Source of the DNA: Clostridia bacterium
GTDB taxonomy: Bacteria; Bacillota; Clostridia; Christensenellales; CAG-138
Direction of reading: 5' to 3'
Length of the DNA stretch: 64,000 bases
Assembly (NCBI GenBank): GCA_017523925.1
Contig: JAFWVQ010000027.1
Coordinates: 5,018 to 69,017 of the forward strand
Positions 55,113-64,000 of the stretch are shown piece by piece; position 1 is the first letter of the stretch; each line of letters begins with the position of its first letter. The notes beneath the pieces are model-generated. The model did not search any database and was not told where the DNA came from. It saw nothing but the letters and a program-made list of their open reading frames with translations. A program made the translations under genes and the position numbers.

Positions 55113-56228
55113 ATGTATAAATACTACTCCCCGATAGACGACGCGATCATCTTCTTTACCACGAAGGTCAACAAGACCATGACGGTTGCGGATCTTTCAA
55201 GAACGCTGCACAAGAACCATCCTTCCCTTGAGAAAAAGCTTGAGCGCGTCATAAAGCCTGCGCTCGAGCTCGAAAAGAAGCTTGCTTCTTCGATAAAATC
55301 CATCGAATCCGATTACGACTTCCTTTTCAGGCTCGATCAGAATGCGGACGGTGCTGCCGATCATCTTTACAATCCCGCCTGGCTCATGTTCAGCTTCTGC
55401 TCCGGCCGCGGCGAGTTTTCTTCCGATCTTTCCACCGCGATAAAGAATCTTCACTCCCTCCCCCAGCATCAGAGGGACGTGCTCTTCCTCAGCTATCTGC
55501 GCGATCTCAAGGTTTTCGACGATGTTTCGATGATCCCCCGCGTCAGCGCCGAGGAATGCGGTCAGCTCATAGAGACCATACGCGGGCTTAATATGGATTC
55601 CCACGTCCGCACGAGGCTGATCGAGCTGTACGTCAACTTCGACGAATACGTTTCAAGGCTTGGCGAGATCCTCAAGCCCGCCGTCGAGATCATTGAGAAC
55701 AATGAGGCCATCTACGGCGAAGCGCTGCGCAAAAACGAGGAAACGGTGGATACGCTCGGCGGCCTGCGCGGTGTTCTGAAGCAGAAATACAATTTCATCA
55801 TGAAAAACGATATCGCCGACCGTCTGCATCTATGTGTGCTGATCCCGAACAATGCGAGCATGAGGGACGATATCAACGACAATATCGACGCATTCTTCGG
55901 CGTGAACGTGCTCGAGCTTGGCGATCTTGTGTTCTCCGGCCGCGAGAACCAGAAGCTCTCCACCATGTTTAAGATGCTTTCCGATGAAACGAGGCTCGAG
56001 ATCCTGCACTGCATCTGCAAAAAGCCCATGTACGGGCTTGAGCTCGCGGAGCAGTTCTCCATCTCCGCGCCCACCATCTCCTACCATATGCGCAAGCTTG
56101 GCATGGGCGGCTTCACCGAGAGCTATTTCGACAGCGGCAGGACCTATTACCGTGCCAACGTGGACAATATCAAGCGCTTTATCAGAAGCTTTGAGGAGTT
56201 CCTTTCCAGCGAGCCCGATAAGCAGTGA
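55113..56228 (+). CDS. ArsR-family wHTH regulator with a long N-terminal domain (paralog of 40140..41243)
   Basis: N-terminus MYKYYSPIDDAIIFF aligns with MLKYYYPVDDAVVYF. C-terminus LSDETRLEILHCICKKPMYGLELAEQFSISAPTISYHMRKL. Confidence 0.75.
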   Translation: MYKYYSPIDDAIIFFTTKVNKTMTVADLSRTLHKNHPSLEKKLERVIKPALELEKKLASSIKSIESDYDFLFRLDQNADGAADHLYNPAWLMFSFCSGRGEFSSDLSTAIKNLHSLPQHQRDVLFLSYLRDLKVFDDVSMIPRVSAEECGQLIETIRGLNMDSHVRTRLIELYVNFDEYVSRLGEILKPAVEIIENNEAIYGEALRKNEETVDTLGGLRGVLKQKYNFIMKNDIADRLHLCVLIPNNASMRDDINDNIDAFFGVNVLELGDLVFSGRENQKLSTMFKMLSDETRLEILHCICKKPMYGLELAEQFSISAPTISYHMRKLGMGGFTESYFDSGRTYYRANVDNIKRFIRSFEEFLSSEPDKQ

Positions 56229-56394
56229 GGCTGCTTCAGCCGCAAGGCAAAGCGATCCGCAATTCAACATGATCTCAAGGCTCCGCCATCATCGAACGGC
56301 GGAGCCTTTGTGTTTGCACGGGATCGCAATGAAAAAGCGCTCCCCGAGCCGCAAGTGTTCGGGGAGCGCGATCTTATTGGGTTGAGAAGCGGGA

Positions 56395-57744
56395 TCAGAC
56401 GATGCCCTGAGCCATCATGGCGTCCGCAACCTTCTTGAAGCCTGCGAGGTTTGCGCCGGCAACGAGGTTGTAGCCGAGGCCAGCCTCTTCGGCAGCTTCG
56501 ACGGAAGCCTTGTGGATGTTCTTCATGATGTTGACGAGCTTGCTGTCAACTTCCTCGGCGGTCCAAGCAAGACGCTCGGAGTTCTGGCTCATCTCGAGAC
56601 CGGAAACCGCAACGCCGCCCGCGTTAACAGCCTTGGAGGGGGCAACGATCATGCCGGGCTGCTTCATCATGTGGAAGAGAGCCTCGTTGGTGGTGGGCAT
56701 GTTCGCAACTTCGATGTAGTACTTGGTGCCGTTGGCGATTATCTGCTCGGCCTCTTCCATACGGATCTCGTTCTGGAATGCGCAGGGCATGCAGATGTCG
56801 GCCTTCTGGCCCCAGGGCTTCTTGCCGGGGATGAACTCAACATCGAACTTATCGGCATAATCCTGGACCTTGTTGCGGCCGGAGTTACGCATTACGAGCA
56901 GGTAGTCGAGCTTCTCCTGAGTGCAAACGCCGTCGGGATCGTAGATGTAGCCGTCGGGGCCCGCAAGGGTGACGACCTTTGCGCCGAGCTGCATAGCCTT
57001 GGTGCAAACGCCCCAGGATACGTTGCCGAAACCGGAGATCGCGATGGTCTTGCCCTCGATGGTGTCATGCTCATGCTCGAGAACTTCGCAGAGATAGTAA
57101 ACAGCACCGAAACCGGTCGCCTCGGGACGGATCAGGGAGCCGCCGAAGCTGAGGCCCTTACCGGTGAGAACGCCGTTCTCATAAGCGCCGCGGATTTTCT
57201 TGTACTGACCGAAGAGGAAGCCGATCTCACGGCCGCCAACGCCGATGTCGCCTGCGGGAACGTCAACGTTGGGTCCGATGTGGCGCTGGAGCTCGGTCAT
57301 GAAGCTCTGGCAGAAGCGCATGATCTCAGCGTCGGTCTTGCCGTTGGGATCGAAGTCGGAGCCGCCCTTACCGCCGCCTATGGGGAGGGAGGTGAGGCTG
57401 TTTTTGAAGGTCTGCTCGAAGCCGAGGAACTTCATAACGGAGAGATTTACGTGGGATGCGAAGCGGAGACCTCCCTTGTAGGGACCGATCGCGCTGTTGA
57501 ACTGTACGCGGAAGCCGCGGTTGACCTGGACCTTACCGTCGCGATCCACCCAGGGTACGCGGAACTCGATAACGCGCTCAGGCTCTACGAGACGCTCGAG
57601 AAGACCGTTCTCTTCATATTCGGGATGCTTTTCAACCATGGGCTCGAGGGAACGAAGAACCTCTTCAACGGTCTGGATGAATTCGGGCTCATGTGCATCG
57701 CGCGCGCGAACCTTCTCGATGACTCTTTCGATGTAGGCGTTCAT
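56395..57744 (-). CDS. gdhA: glutamate dehydrogenase (Glu/Leu/Phe/Val dehydrogenase family)
   Basis: Start ATG 57744 lies 8 nt after GGAGG. Active-site region LPIGGGKGGSDFDP and Rossmann motif GFGNVSWG. Confidence 0.9.
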   Translation of the reverse strand: MNAYIERVIEKVRARDAHEPEFIQTVEEVLRSLEPMVEKHPEYEENGLLERLVEPERVIEFRVPWVDRDGKVQVNRGFRVQFNSAIGPYKGGLRFASHVNLSVMKFLGFEQTFKNSLTSLPIGGGKGGSDFDPNGKTDAEIMRFCQSFMTELQRHIGPNVDVPAGDIGVGGREIGFLFGQYKKIRGAYENGVLTGKGLSFGGSLIRPEATGFGAVYYLCEVLEHEHDTIEGKTIAISGFGNVSWGVCTKAMQLGAKVVTLAGPDGYIYDPDGVCTQEKLDYLLVMRNSGRNKVQDYADKFDVEFIPGKKPWGQKADICMPCAFQNEIRMEEAEQIIANGTKYYIEVANMPTTNEALFHMMKQPGMIVAPSKAVNAGGVAVSGLEMSQNSERLAWTAEEVDSKLVNIMKNIHKASVEAAEEAGLGYNLVAGANLAGFKKVADAMMAQGIV

Positions 57745-58035
57745 TTGAAAATCCTCCAAGTGAAATATAATGATTTTTCTGCCGGTCTGCCGGCGCGGCG
57801 GATAGCCGTTTTGCGGCAATACCAACCTAATCAGTATGATAAACCCATCCGGTGCCAAAGTCAACAGTTATTTGAAAATATACTTAAAAAATAATGTTTT
57901 TTTGCCCGATTCGACGCCCAAAGCCCTTATCCGGCCTCCCACTTGAACAATTCGCCGCTTCGTTATATAATTATATGGTACGGTGCCGCGCTTTGCCGGC
58001 GGCGCACGCCATATCCCTCAAAGGAGGATGAGACC

Positions 58036-58971
58036 ATGTCCTACTCGGGCAGAATGCAGAACAACCATTTTTACAGCGTCTTTTTCGCGCCGCGCGGACG
58101 CGACAGGATGTACGATCTCGGCATGCAGATCGCGCAGATGTATCTTTCGCCCTACGATAAGCTCATCGGGATCATCGGCGAATCGGGTTCCGGCAAAAGC
58201 ATGATAATCAAGGGCATGTTCCCGGGGCTCGAGCTTACCAACGACGACGACGGCGTGAACGTGCGCCCGCTTCCGCTGCTCGATCAGAGCGAGTACGGCT
58301 TCTTCACCGCGCACACCTATCACCTCGACATCCGCTTTGAGGCGGCCTTCACCCAGCTTGGAACGCTTGCGGAGGCGATCATCCGCACCGTCAAGAGCGG
58401 CAAGCGCGTTATCGTGGAGCATTTCGACCTGATCTATCCCTTTTTGAACGGCCTGAACGCCAACCTTATGATAGGCATCGGCGAGGAGGTCATAATCACG
58501 CGCCCCACGATCTTCGGTCCGATCCCGAGCGAGCTGCATGAACGCGTGGCGAGAAGCGTTGAGCTGAGAAGGATGACGCACACTGCGGAGGATCTCTGCG
58601 AGGCGTTTCTCGACGAGGAGGAGCTTGCAAGATGTCATCACCGCGACATCAAGCACGGCTTCGTGCTCTCCTTCCCCGATCATCCGCCCAAGGTCGATCT
58701 TCAGGCGATGGAGGATTACGTAAACGAATGCATCGCAAAGGATCTGCCGATCTCCTACGTGGACGAGGAACACGTTCGCATAGGCGACAACGTTCAGCCC
58801 TGCACCGGCCCCCGCACGCATGTTGCCTCCACCGGCTGCATAGAGGGCTTTCGCCTTCTCAAGCGCGTGGTGTTCGATCCGATGGAATCCTGCTATCTTA
58901 TCGCGGGGAGAGTCGGCCCCGGCGCCGGCGGCGACAGCATCGACGACGTTAACGATATCTCGACGGATTGA
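58036..58971 (+). CDS. P-loop NTPase-motif protein of unknown function
   Basis: Start ATG 58036 follows AAAGGAGGA. Walker-A-like IGESGSGKS. Confidence 0.55.
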   Translation: MSYSGRMQNNHFYSVFFAPRGRDRMYDLGMQIAQMYLSPYDKLIGIIGESGSGKSMIIKGMFPGLELTNDDDGVNVRPLPLLDQSEYGFFTAHTYHLDIRFEAAFTQLGTLAEAIIRTVKSGKRVIVEHFDLIYPFLNGLNANLMIGIGEEVIITRPTIFGPIPSELHERVARSVELRRMTHTAEDLCEAFLDEEELARCHHRDIKHGFVLSFPDHPPKVDLQAMEDYVNECIAKDLPISYVDEEHVRIGDNVQPCTGPRTHVASTGCIEGFRLLKRVVFDPMESCYLIAGRVGPGAGGDSIDDVNDISTD

Positions 58972-58997
58972 GGCTTAAGCAGGTAATAGGAGGTAAA

Positions 58998-59180
58998 ATG
59001 AACAGATACTTAAAGCTGCTTTTGATGAGCATCGGCTATTTTGCGCTGATCGTTGCTATATTTTTCATACTTTCGCTGCTCAAAGGCGAGCCGTTTCAAT
59101 TCAACTTTTGGGTCGGCGCGATCGGCGGCGTGCTGTTTGCGCTGATCACCGAATTCTTCCCCTCGAGCAGATGGAGATGA
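58998..59180 (+). CDS. small two-TM membrane protein
   Basis: 60 aa, with ATG following TAGGAGGT. Its stop overlaps the next start (ATGA). Confidence 0.5.
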   Translation: MNRYLKLLLMSIGYFALIVAIFFILSLLKGEPFQFNFWVGAIGGVLFALITEFFPSSRWR

Positions 59181-59653
59181 GCCGTCCGAATTATGAGCTC
59201 CGGCCCGTTCCCGGCGCTGCCGACAGGATGCAGATAGCGCGGGGAGTGCTTGAAGCGCTTCCCGAGTGGTTCGGCATACTAGAAGCGCGGGAGGGTTACA
59301 TAAAAAACTGCGCGGATAAGCCGTTTATTGCGGCGTTTGACGGCGAAAAGCCCGTCGGGTTTCTCTATCTTGCGCAAACCGGGAGCGCGACCGTCGAGCT
59401 GCACTGCATGGGCGTTTTGAAGGAGCATCACCGCATGGGCGTTGGAAGGGCTTTGGTCGATGAAGCAAGGCGCGTCGCTGCTGAAGCGGGCTATGCTTTT
59501 TTGCAGGTCAAGACTGTTCGGAGCGGCTTTTACGAGGAATACGACAGGACGAATGAATTCTATAAGGCCTGCGGTTTTCTTGAATTCGAGGTTTTTCCGG
59601 AGCTTTGGGACAAGGCTAATCCCTGCCAGGTCTACGTGATGAGCTTGAAATGA
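59171..59653 (+). CDS. GNAT-family N-acetyltransferase
   Basis: Acetyl-CoA motif HRMGVGRALVDEARRVAAEAGY. Start at ATG 59171 or 59177. Confidence 0.75.
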   Translation: MEMSRPNYELRPVPGAADRMQIARGVLEALPEWFGILEAREGYIKNCADKPFIAAFDGEKPVGFLYLAQTGSATVELHCMGVLKEHHRMGVGRALVDEARRVAAEAGYAFLQVKTVRSGFYEEYDRTNEFYKACGFLEFEVFPELWDKANPCQVYVMSLK

Positions 59654-59671
59654 TGCTCGATCGGTGAAACG

Positions 59672-60409
59672 GTGATAGAGCTTGAACCGCTGAAAAACGA
59701 TGATGCAGTCGCCGTTCGACTGGACGGCGCGAACTTGGGCTGTGTGCGGATTGCTCGCAGCCCGTTTCACGCGCAAAACGCCTACCTTGCCTTCGATGAC
59801 GGAGTGATCCTGCCCGAGATCGCCACGGAGCTTTTTCAAGGGCTTTTCGAGCTGATAAAAGCGCCGCTTCAGGTCATGATCCCATCGAGCGATGCGCGCA
59901 TGGAGGCTTTTCTTGCTGCCGGCGGCTTCAAACTGATGCGAAGATGCTATTCTATGAGCGTTGAGCTCTGCGATCTTATCCGTGGACCGGGCGGGCAAAA
60001 GAGCCCGTCCGCGCCGCAGTTGTTCTATGCAAAGCGCGGGGAGGATAGGTATGCGGAGCTTGCGTTTATGATGTTTGAGCAATACAAGCGCACGCATGCC
60101 TCAATAAGTCCCTTGACCGCGCGATTCGAGGAATTTTGCTCCGCTCTTCCCGATGAGGCCGTTTACTCGCAAGCCGGCGGCGGCGCGATCTGCCTTGCAT
60201 TTATCGATGAGAGCGAGATAGCCTATGTTTGCGGCACGGAGGATACGTCCTTCCCTGCCTTTTGCCATGCGCTTGCAAGCAGTCTTTTTGAGCGATACGA
60301 GCGGATAGAGTTTGAATGCGACGACTGCGACGAATACGCCATGGCGCTTCGCAGCCTGTTTGACGATCGAGGTGAAGAGAGCTTCAACACCTATGTTTAC
60401 GGGAAATAG
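59672..60409 (+). CDS. hypothetical protein, possibly GNAT-fold
   Basis: GTG start. Only weak resemblance (EAFLAAGGFKLMRR). Confidence 0.4.
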   Translation: MIELEPLKNDDAVAVRLDGANLGCVRIARSPFHAQNAYLAFDDGVILPEIATELFQGLFELIKAPLQVMIPSSDARMEAFLAAGGFKLMRRCYSMSVELCDLIRGPGGQKSPSAPQLFYAKRGEDRYAELAFMMFEQYKRTHASISPLTARFEEFCSALPDEAVYSQAGGGAICLAFIDESEIAYVCGTEDTSFPAFCHALASSLFERYERIEFECDDCDEYAMALRSLFDDRGEESFNTYVYGK

Positions 60410-60428
60410 CCGCTTGGTGCTCCCGTTT

Positions 60429-60451
60429 GCGCCGTTTTTCGGCGTTTTTTG
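60429..60451 (+). terminator. short hairpin plus T-run
   Basis: GCGCCG-TTTTT-CGGCGT followed by TTTTTG. Confidence 0.5.
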
Positions 60452-60621
60452 CGTTTTGCGCCTCTTTTTACGCTCAAATATATTGACTTTTGCCCGCGAA
60501 AGCCGTTTATCAATATTGCTTTTTTAACGTTTTTATGATATGCTATGATTTGGCATATGCGCTTTATTGCGCTGTATGAAAGATTACTATTATTACCACG
60601 AGAGGGGAATAAGAAATCAAT

Positions 60622-62694
60622 ATGAAAATCTACCAGGCAGACAGCATCCGCAACGTTGCCGTACTCGGCCACGGCGGAGAAGGCAAAACCACTTTGACCG
60701 AAGCAATGCTCTTCAACGCAGGGCTTCTTGACCGCATGGGCAAGGTCGACGACGGCTCCACCGTTTCCGACTACGATCCCGAGGAGACCAAGAGGCATAT
60801 CTCCATCAGCGCCGCGGTCGCTCCCTTTGAGTGGAACAACACCAAGGTCAACCTTATCGACGCTCCCGGCTTCTTCGACTTCTACGGCGAGGTTTACGAA
60901 GCGATGGCGCTTGCGGATTCCGCTATCATCGTTTGCGGCGCGGTCTCCGGTCCCGTTGTCGGCACCGAGAAGGCCATGAGCATGTGCAAGAAGGCGAAGA
61001 TGCCCCGCATGATCGTAGTTAACCAGATGGATCGCGAGAATGCGAACTTCGACAAGGTCGTGGGCGAGCTCCACGACAAGTTCGGCGTTTCCTGCGTTCC
61101 GATCCAGCTCCCCATCATTGAAAAGGATCAGTACGTCGGCTACGTTGATCTCACCACCATGACCGCGAAGAAGTTCGACGGCAAGGGCGAGAAGAATATC
61201 GACATCCCCGCGAACCTTGCGGATCGCGCTGCCGAGCTTCGCGAGAGCCTCATGGAGGCCGCCGCGGAGGGCGACGAGGAGCTGATGATGACCTACCTCG
61301 ACACCATGGAGCTGAGCCAGGAGGAGATCATCCGCGGTCTTTCCCTCGGCATTGCAAACGGCGACGTAACCCCCGTTACCGCCGTTTCCGCGCTCCCGAA
61401 CGTTGGCGTTTACACGCTGATGAACAACATCATCCACTATCTGCCCGCAGCCGATAAGGCGAAGGCCCGTCCCGCCGTCAACGCCCGCACCGGTGAAGCG
61501 GTCGAAGTTACCGCCGGCGGCAAGTTTGCGGCGCAGGTCATGAAGACCGTTGCCGACCCCTTCGTTGGCAAGATCTCCATCATGAAGGTTTTCGCGGGCT
61601 CCATCGATGCGAGCTTTGCGGCATACAATCCCAACGCCGAGAAGAGCGAGAAGAGCGGCACCGTTTACATGATGCGCGGCAAGAACCTCGTTACGGTCGA
61701 TAAGATCGTTGCGGGCGACATCGGCGCAATGGCGAAGCTTCAGTTCACCGCCACCGGCGACACGCTCTGCGACGCTTCCGATCCCGTTAAGTTCGCTCCC
61801 ATCGACTTCCCGCAGCCCTGCATCAGCCGTGCGGTTTCCGCGAAGAAGCAGGGTGAGGAGGATAAGGTCATCCAGGGCATCACCCGTCTGACCGAGGAAG
61901 ATCCCACCATGCAGATCGAGAAGAACGCGGAGACCGGCGACGTTCTCGTCAAGGGTCTTGGCGAAATGCATATCGACGTTATCTGCGCGAAGCTCAAGAA
62001 CAAGTTCAAGGTCGAGGCCGAGCTTTCCGACCCGAAGATCCCGTACCGCGAGACCATCCGCGCTATGGCGGAGGCCGAAGGTAAGCATAAGAAGCAGAGC
62101 GGCGGCGCAGGTCAGTTCGGCGTTGTTCAGATGCGCTTTGAGCCCTCCCCCACCGGCGAGTTCGAGTTTGTGAATGCGATCGTTGGCGGCGTTGTTCCCA
62201 AGGAATTCATCCCCGCTGTTGAAAAGGGTCTTCGCGAGGCCATGGTCAAGGGCGTTCTTGCGGGCTATCCGATGGTCGGCATCAAGGCCACCCTCTACGA
62301 TGGCAAGTACCATCCCGTTGACTCCAAGGAAGTTGCGTTCAAGAGCGCTGCAAGGCTTTCCTACAAGGCCGCCTGCGCCAAGGCAAGCCCCGTGCTGATC
62401 GAGCCCATCTATCAGTACCAGATCACCGTTCCCAACGAGTACATGGGCGCCATCATGGGCGACATGAGCGGCCGCCGCGGACGCACCCTCGGCAGCGAGC
62501 AGACCGACGAGGGCACCGTTATCACCGCAGAGGCTCCGCTCAGTGAAATGTTCCGCTACGCGACCGACCTCAGGTCCATGACCCAGGGCCGCGGCTCCTT
62601 CACCAGCGAGTTCGTTCGCTATGAGGACGTTCCCGCGAACATCGCCAAGAAGATCATCGACAGCGCCGTTAAGGACGACGATGACGACGAATAA
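60622..62694 (+). CDS. elongation factor G paralog (EF-G2 / EFG-II type translational GTPase)
   Basis: G1 motif VLGHGGEGKTTLTEAML rather than AHIDAGKTT, G3 motif LIDAPG, NQMD, and full five-domain length (690 aa). Confidence 0.85.
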   Translation: MKIYQADSIRNVAVLGHGGEGKTTLTEAMLFNAGLLDRMGKVDDGSTVSDYDPEETKRHISISAAVAPFEWNNTKVNLIDAPGFFDFYGEVYEAMALADSAIIVCGAVSGPVVGTEKAMSMCKKAKMPRMIVVNQMDRENANFDKVVGELHDKFGVSCVPIQLPIIEKDQYVGYVDLTTMTAKKFDGKGEKNIDIPANLADRAAELRESLMEAAAEGDEELMMTYLDTMELSQEEIIRGLSLGIANGDVTPVTAVSALPNVGVYTLMNNIIHYLPAADKAKARPAVNARTGEAVEVTAGGKFAAQVMKTVADPFVGKISIMKVFAGSIDASFAAYNPNAEKSEKSGTVYMMRGKNLVTVDKIVAGDIGAMAKLQFTATGDTLCDASDPVKFAPIDFPQPCISRAVSAKKQGEEDKVIQGITRLTEEDPTMQIEKNAETGDVLVKGLGEMHIDVICAKLKNKFKVEAELSDPKIPYRETIRAMAEAEGKHKKQSGGAGQFGVVQMRFEPSPTGEFEFVNAIVGGVVPKEFIPAVEKGLREAMVKGVLAGYPMVGIKATLYDGKYHPVDSKEVAFKSAARLSYKAACAKASPVLIEPIYQYQITVPNEYMGAIMGDMSGRRGRTLGSEQTDEGTVITAEAPLSEMFRYATDLRSMTQGRGSFTSEFVRYEDVPANIAKKIIDSAVKDDDDDE

Positions 62695-62721
62695 TACGAA
62701 TAAGCTTCATAAAAGCATCAA

Positions 62722-62752
62722 GGCCGCTCCAAACGGGGCGGTCTTGCTTTTG
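62722..62752 (+). terminator. rho-independent terminator
   Basis: GGCCGCTCC-AAAC-GGGGCGGTC followed by TTGCTTTTG. Confidence 0.6.
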
Positions 62753-62804
62753 CCTCTTTCGTATGCTATGATGGATTCGATTCTATTTGGTGAGGTTGGT
62801 AATT

Positions 62805-63695
62805 ATGGATGAAAAACCGAAGCCGTCTTATGAGCAGCTTGTTGAAATACTTTCCATGCTCGGCGTGAACGACGCGGAGCAAGCCGATATTCGCGCATTC
62901 ACCGCCGATGAGGACGGCAGCGAGTACGCCGTTTGGCATGTCAAGACCGCCGAGCGCGAATGCGTTTTGAAGCGCGCTAAAGCATATGAGCTTGAAGCAT
63001 ACCGCTGCTTTTTCGCGGAGAAAAAACCGTATGCTCCCGAGTTATTCTGCTCGGTCTGCTATGAGGGCGAAAACTATCTGTTTCTTGAATACTGCCCCGG
63101 GGAAACGCTTCGCCGCTGCGAGCGCACAAGGCTCGTCAAGGCACTCGACGCGCTGATCGCCATGCAGGATGAGTTCTGGGAGCGCGAAGAGCTTTACTGC
63201 GAAGCAGTTACCGTGGAAAACTCGCTTGCGGGGATCGAACGCAGAGGAACCTATCTGGGCTCAGAGCAGCTCGATCGCGTTTACGCCGATTTCATCAAGG
63301 TTTATAAACGTACGCCGCGCACGCTCTGCCACGGCGATCTGCTTCCGTTCAATCTGCTCGTGGGGGATCGCGCCGTGCTGATAGATTGGGAATGCGGCGG
63401 CATGCTTCCCTACCCCGCCTCGCTTGCGCGGCTTATCGCGCATTGCCGCGAGGACGAAGCTGCGTTCTTCCATATGACCGATGAAGATCGCGCCTTTGCA
63501 ATAGAATATTACTACAAAAACCTTATAAAAAAGCGCGGTATCCCACTTGAAGAATACCGCCGCACGCTCGATTATTTTCTTTTTTATGAATACTGCGAAT
63601 GGATCATGCTCGGCAACCGCTATGATATGCGCGAGGATGACAGATACATCTATTCGATGGAAAAAGCGGAGAAATTGGCGGAAAAGCTGCTTTGA
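62805..63695 (+). CDS. aminoglycoside/choline-kinase-family phosphotransferase
   Basis: Catalytic loop LCHGDLLPFNLLV and LIDWE. Start ATG 62805 follows GAGG. Confidence 0.75.
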   Translation: MDEKPKPSYEQLVEILSMLGVNDAEQADIRAFTADEDGSEYAVWHVKTAERECVLKRAKAYELEAYRCFFAEKKPYAPELFCSVCYEGENYLFLEYCPGETLRRCERTRLVKALDALIAMQDEFWEREELYCEAVTVENSLAGIERRGTYLGSEQLDRVYADFIKVYKRTPRTLCHGDLLPFNLLVGDRAVLIDWECGGMLPYPASLARLIAHCREDEAAFFHMTDEDRAFAIEYYYKNLIKKRGIPLEEYRRTLDYFLFYEYCEWIMLGNRYDMREDDRYIYSMEKAEKLAEKLL

Positions 63696-63741
63696 TGCCG
63701 CGCTCTTCATCGATGACTTTGTAATTCATTTTTCCAAACTA

Positions 63742-64000
63742 TCAAAGCTCAAAGTCTATCTCGTATTCCCCGTCTATGAGGATATAGTTCACGTTATGGA
63801 GCGTTGCAAGCTCGAGCATACGCAGATTATCCTCAAGCACGGCCTCCATGCTCAGCCCCTCGTCGTTGATGCGGTTTTCGATCACCGAGGCGTATCTCTC
63901 GATATCGTCGAAATGCTTTTCGATATAGCCTCGGCTAAGAACAAGGCAGCAGTAGCGGATCTGACCGAGATACTCGCCGTCGAAGTCCTGCGCCCATGTG
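63742..64000 (-). CDS. C-terminal part of a hypothetical protein (gene starts beyond window end)
   Basis: Manual translation of the minus strand is open to the window edge: ...QIRYCCLVLSRGYIEKHFDDIERYASVIENRINDEGLSMEAVLEDNLRMLELATLHNVNYILIDGEYEIDFEL, with stop TGA at 63742-63744. Confidence 0.5.
   Translation of the reverse strand, partial: TWAQDFDGEYLGQIRYCCLVLSRGYIEKHFDDIERYASVIENRINDEGLSMEAVLEDNLRMLELATLHNVNYILIDGEYEIDFEL

Overview
This 64-kb window comes from a high-GC Gram-positive chromosome; hand counts on sampled 60-nt lines give about 60-70% GC. I infer a Clostridia/Oscillospiraceae-like organism from the strong AGGAGG-type Shine-Dalgarno sites, a GerM-like lipoprotein and several dockerin-tagged secreted proteins. 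Backbone content, in order: (1) the tail of an ABC exporter, a YbaN-like protein and two Pro/Thr-rich surface proteins; (2) a complete Opp/Dpp-type peptide ABC operon at 3.0-9.5 kb; (3) a block of minus-strand units at 9.5-17 kb (lipoprotein, dockerin protein, heterodimeric ABC exporter, two SAM methyltransferases) that share one 16-bp palindrome, GTTAGC-N4-GCTAAC, at their promoters; (4) a fructan/sucrose operon at 25.2-32.8 kb (two GH32 enzymes, fructokinase, YesL, one permease, an MsmK-like ATPase) with a divergent LacI regulator; (5) a ParB-like/BMP-domain gene split at an A6 run, followed by a metallophosphoesterase; (6) three dockerin-tagged peptidases, one S8 and two tandem gingipain-like; (7) tRNA-Glu(CUC), ftsH, a uridine-kinase-like gene, gdhA, an EF-G2-type GTPase and small housekeeping genes. 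The outstanding feature is a ~7.4-kb low-GC (~40%) insertion at about 17.35-24.8 kb. It carries a tightly packed five-gene minus-strand operon: a TIR-domain protein with a DUF6273-like C-terminus, a 720-aa orphan with a coiled coil, a ParA/MinD-like ATPase with a KGGSGRSS (Lys->Arg) P-loop, a 708-aa orphan, and a tandem-duplicated S-adenosylmethionine-decarboxylase-like (SpeH-fold) protein. I cannot match this gene set to any described defence system and flag it as a candidate new conflict system. I saw no rRNA, CRISPR array, transposase or integrase. All domain calls rest on motifs read by eye; no database search was possible.
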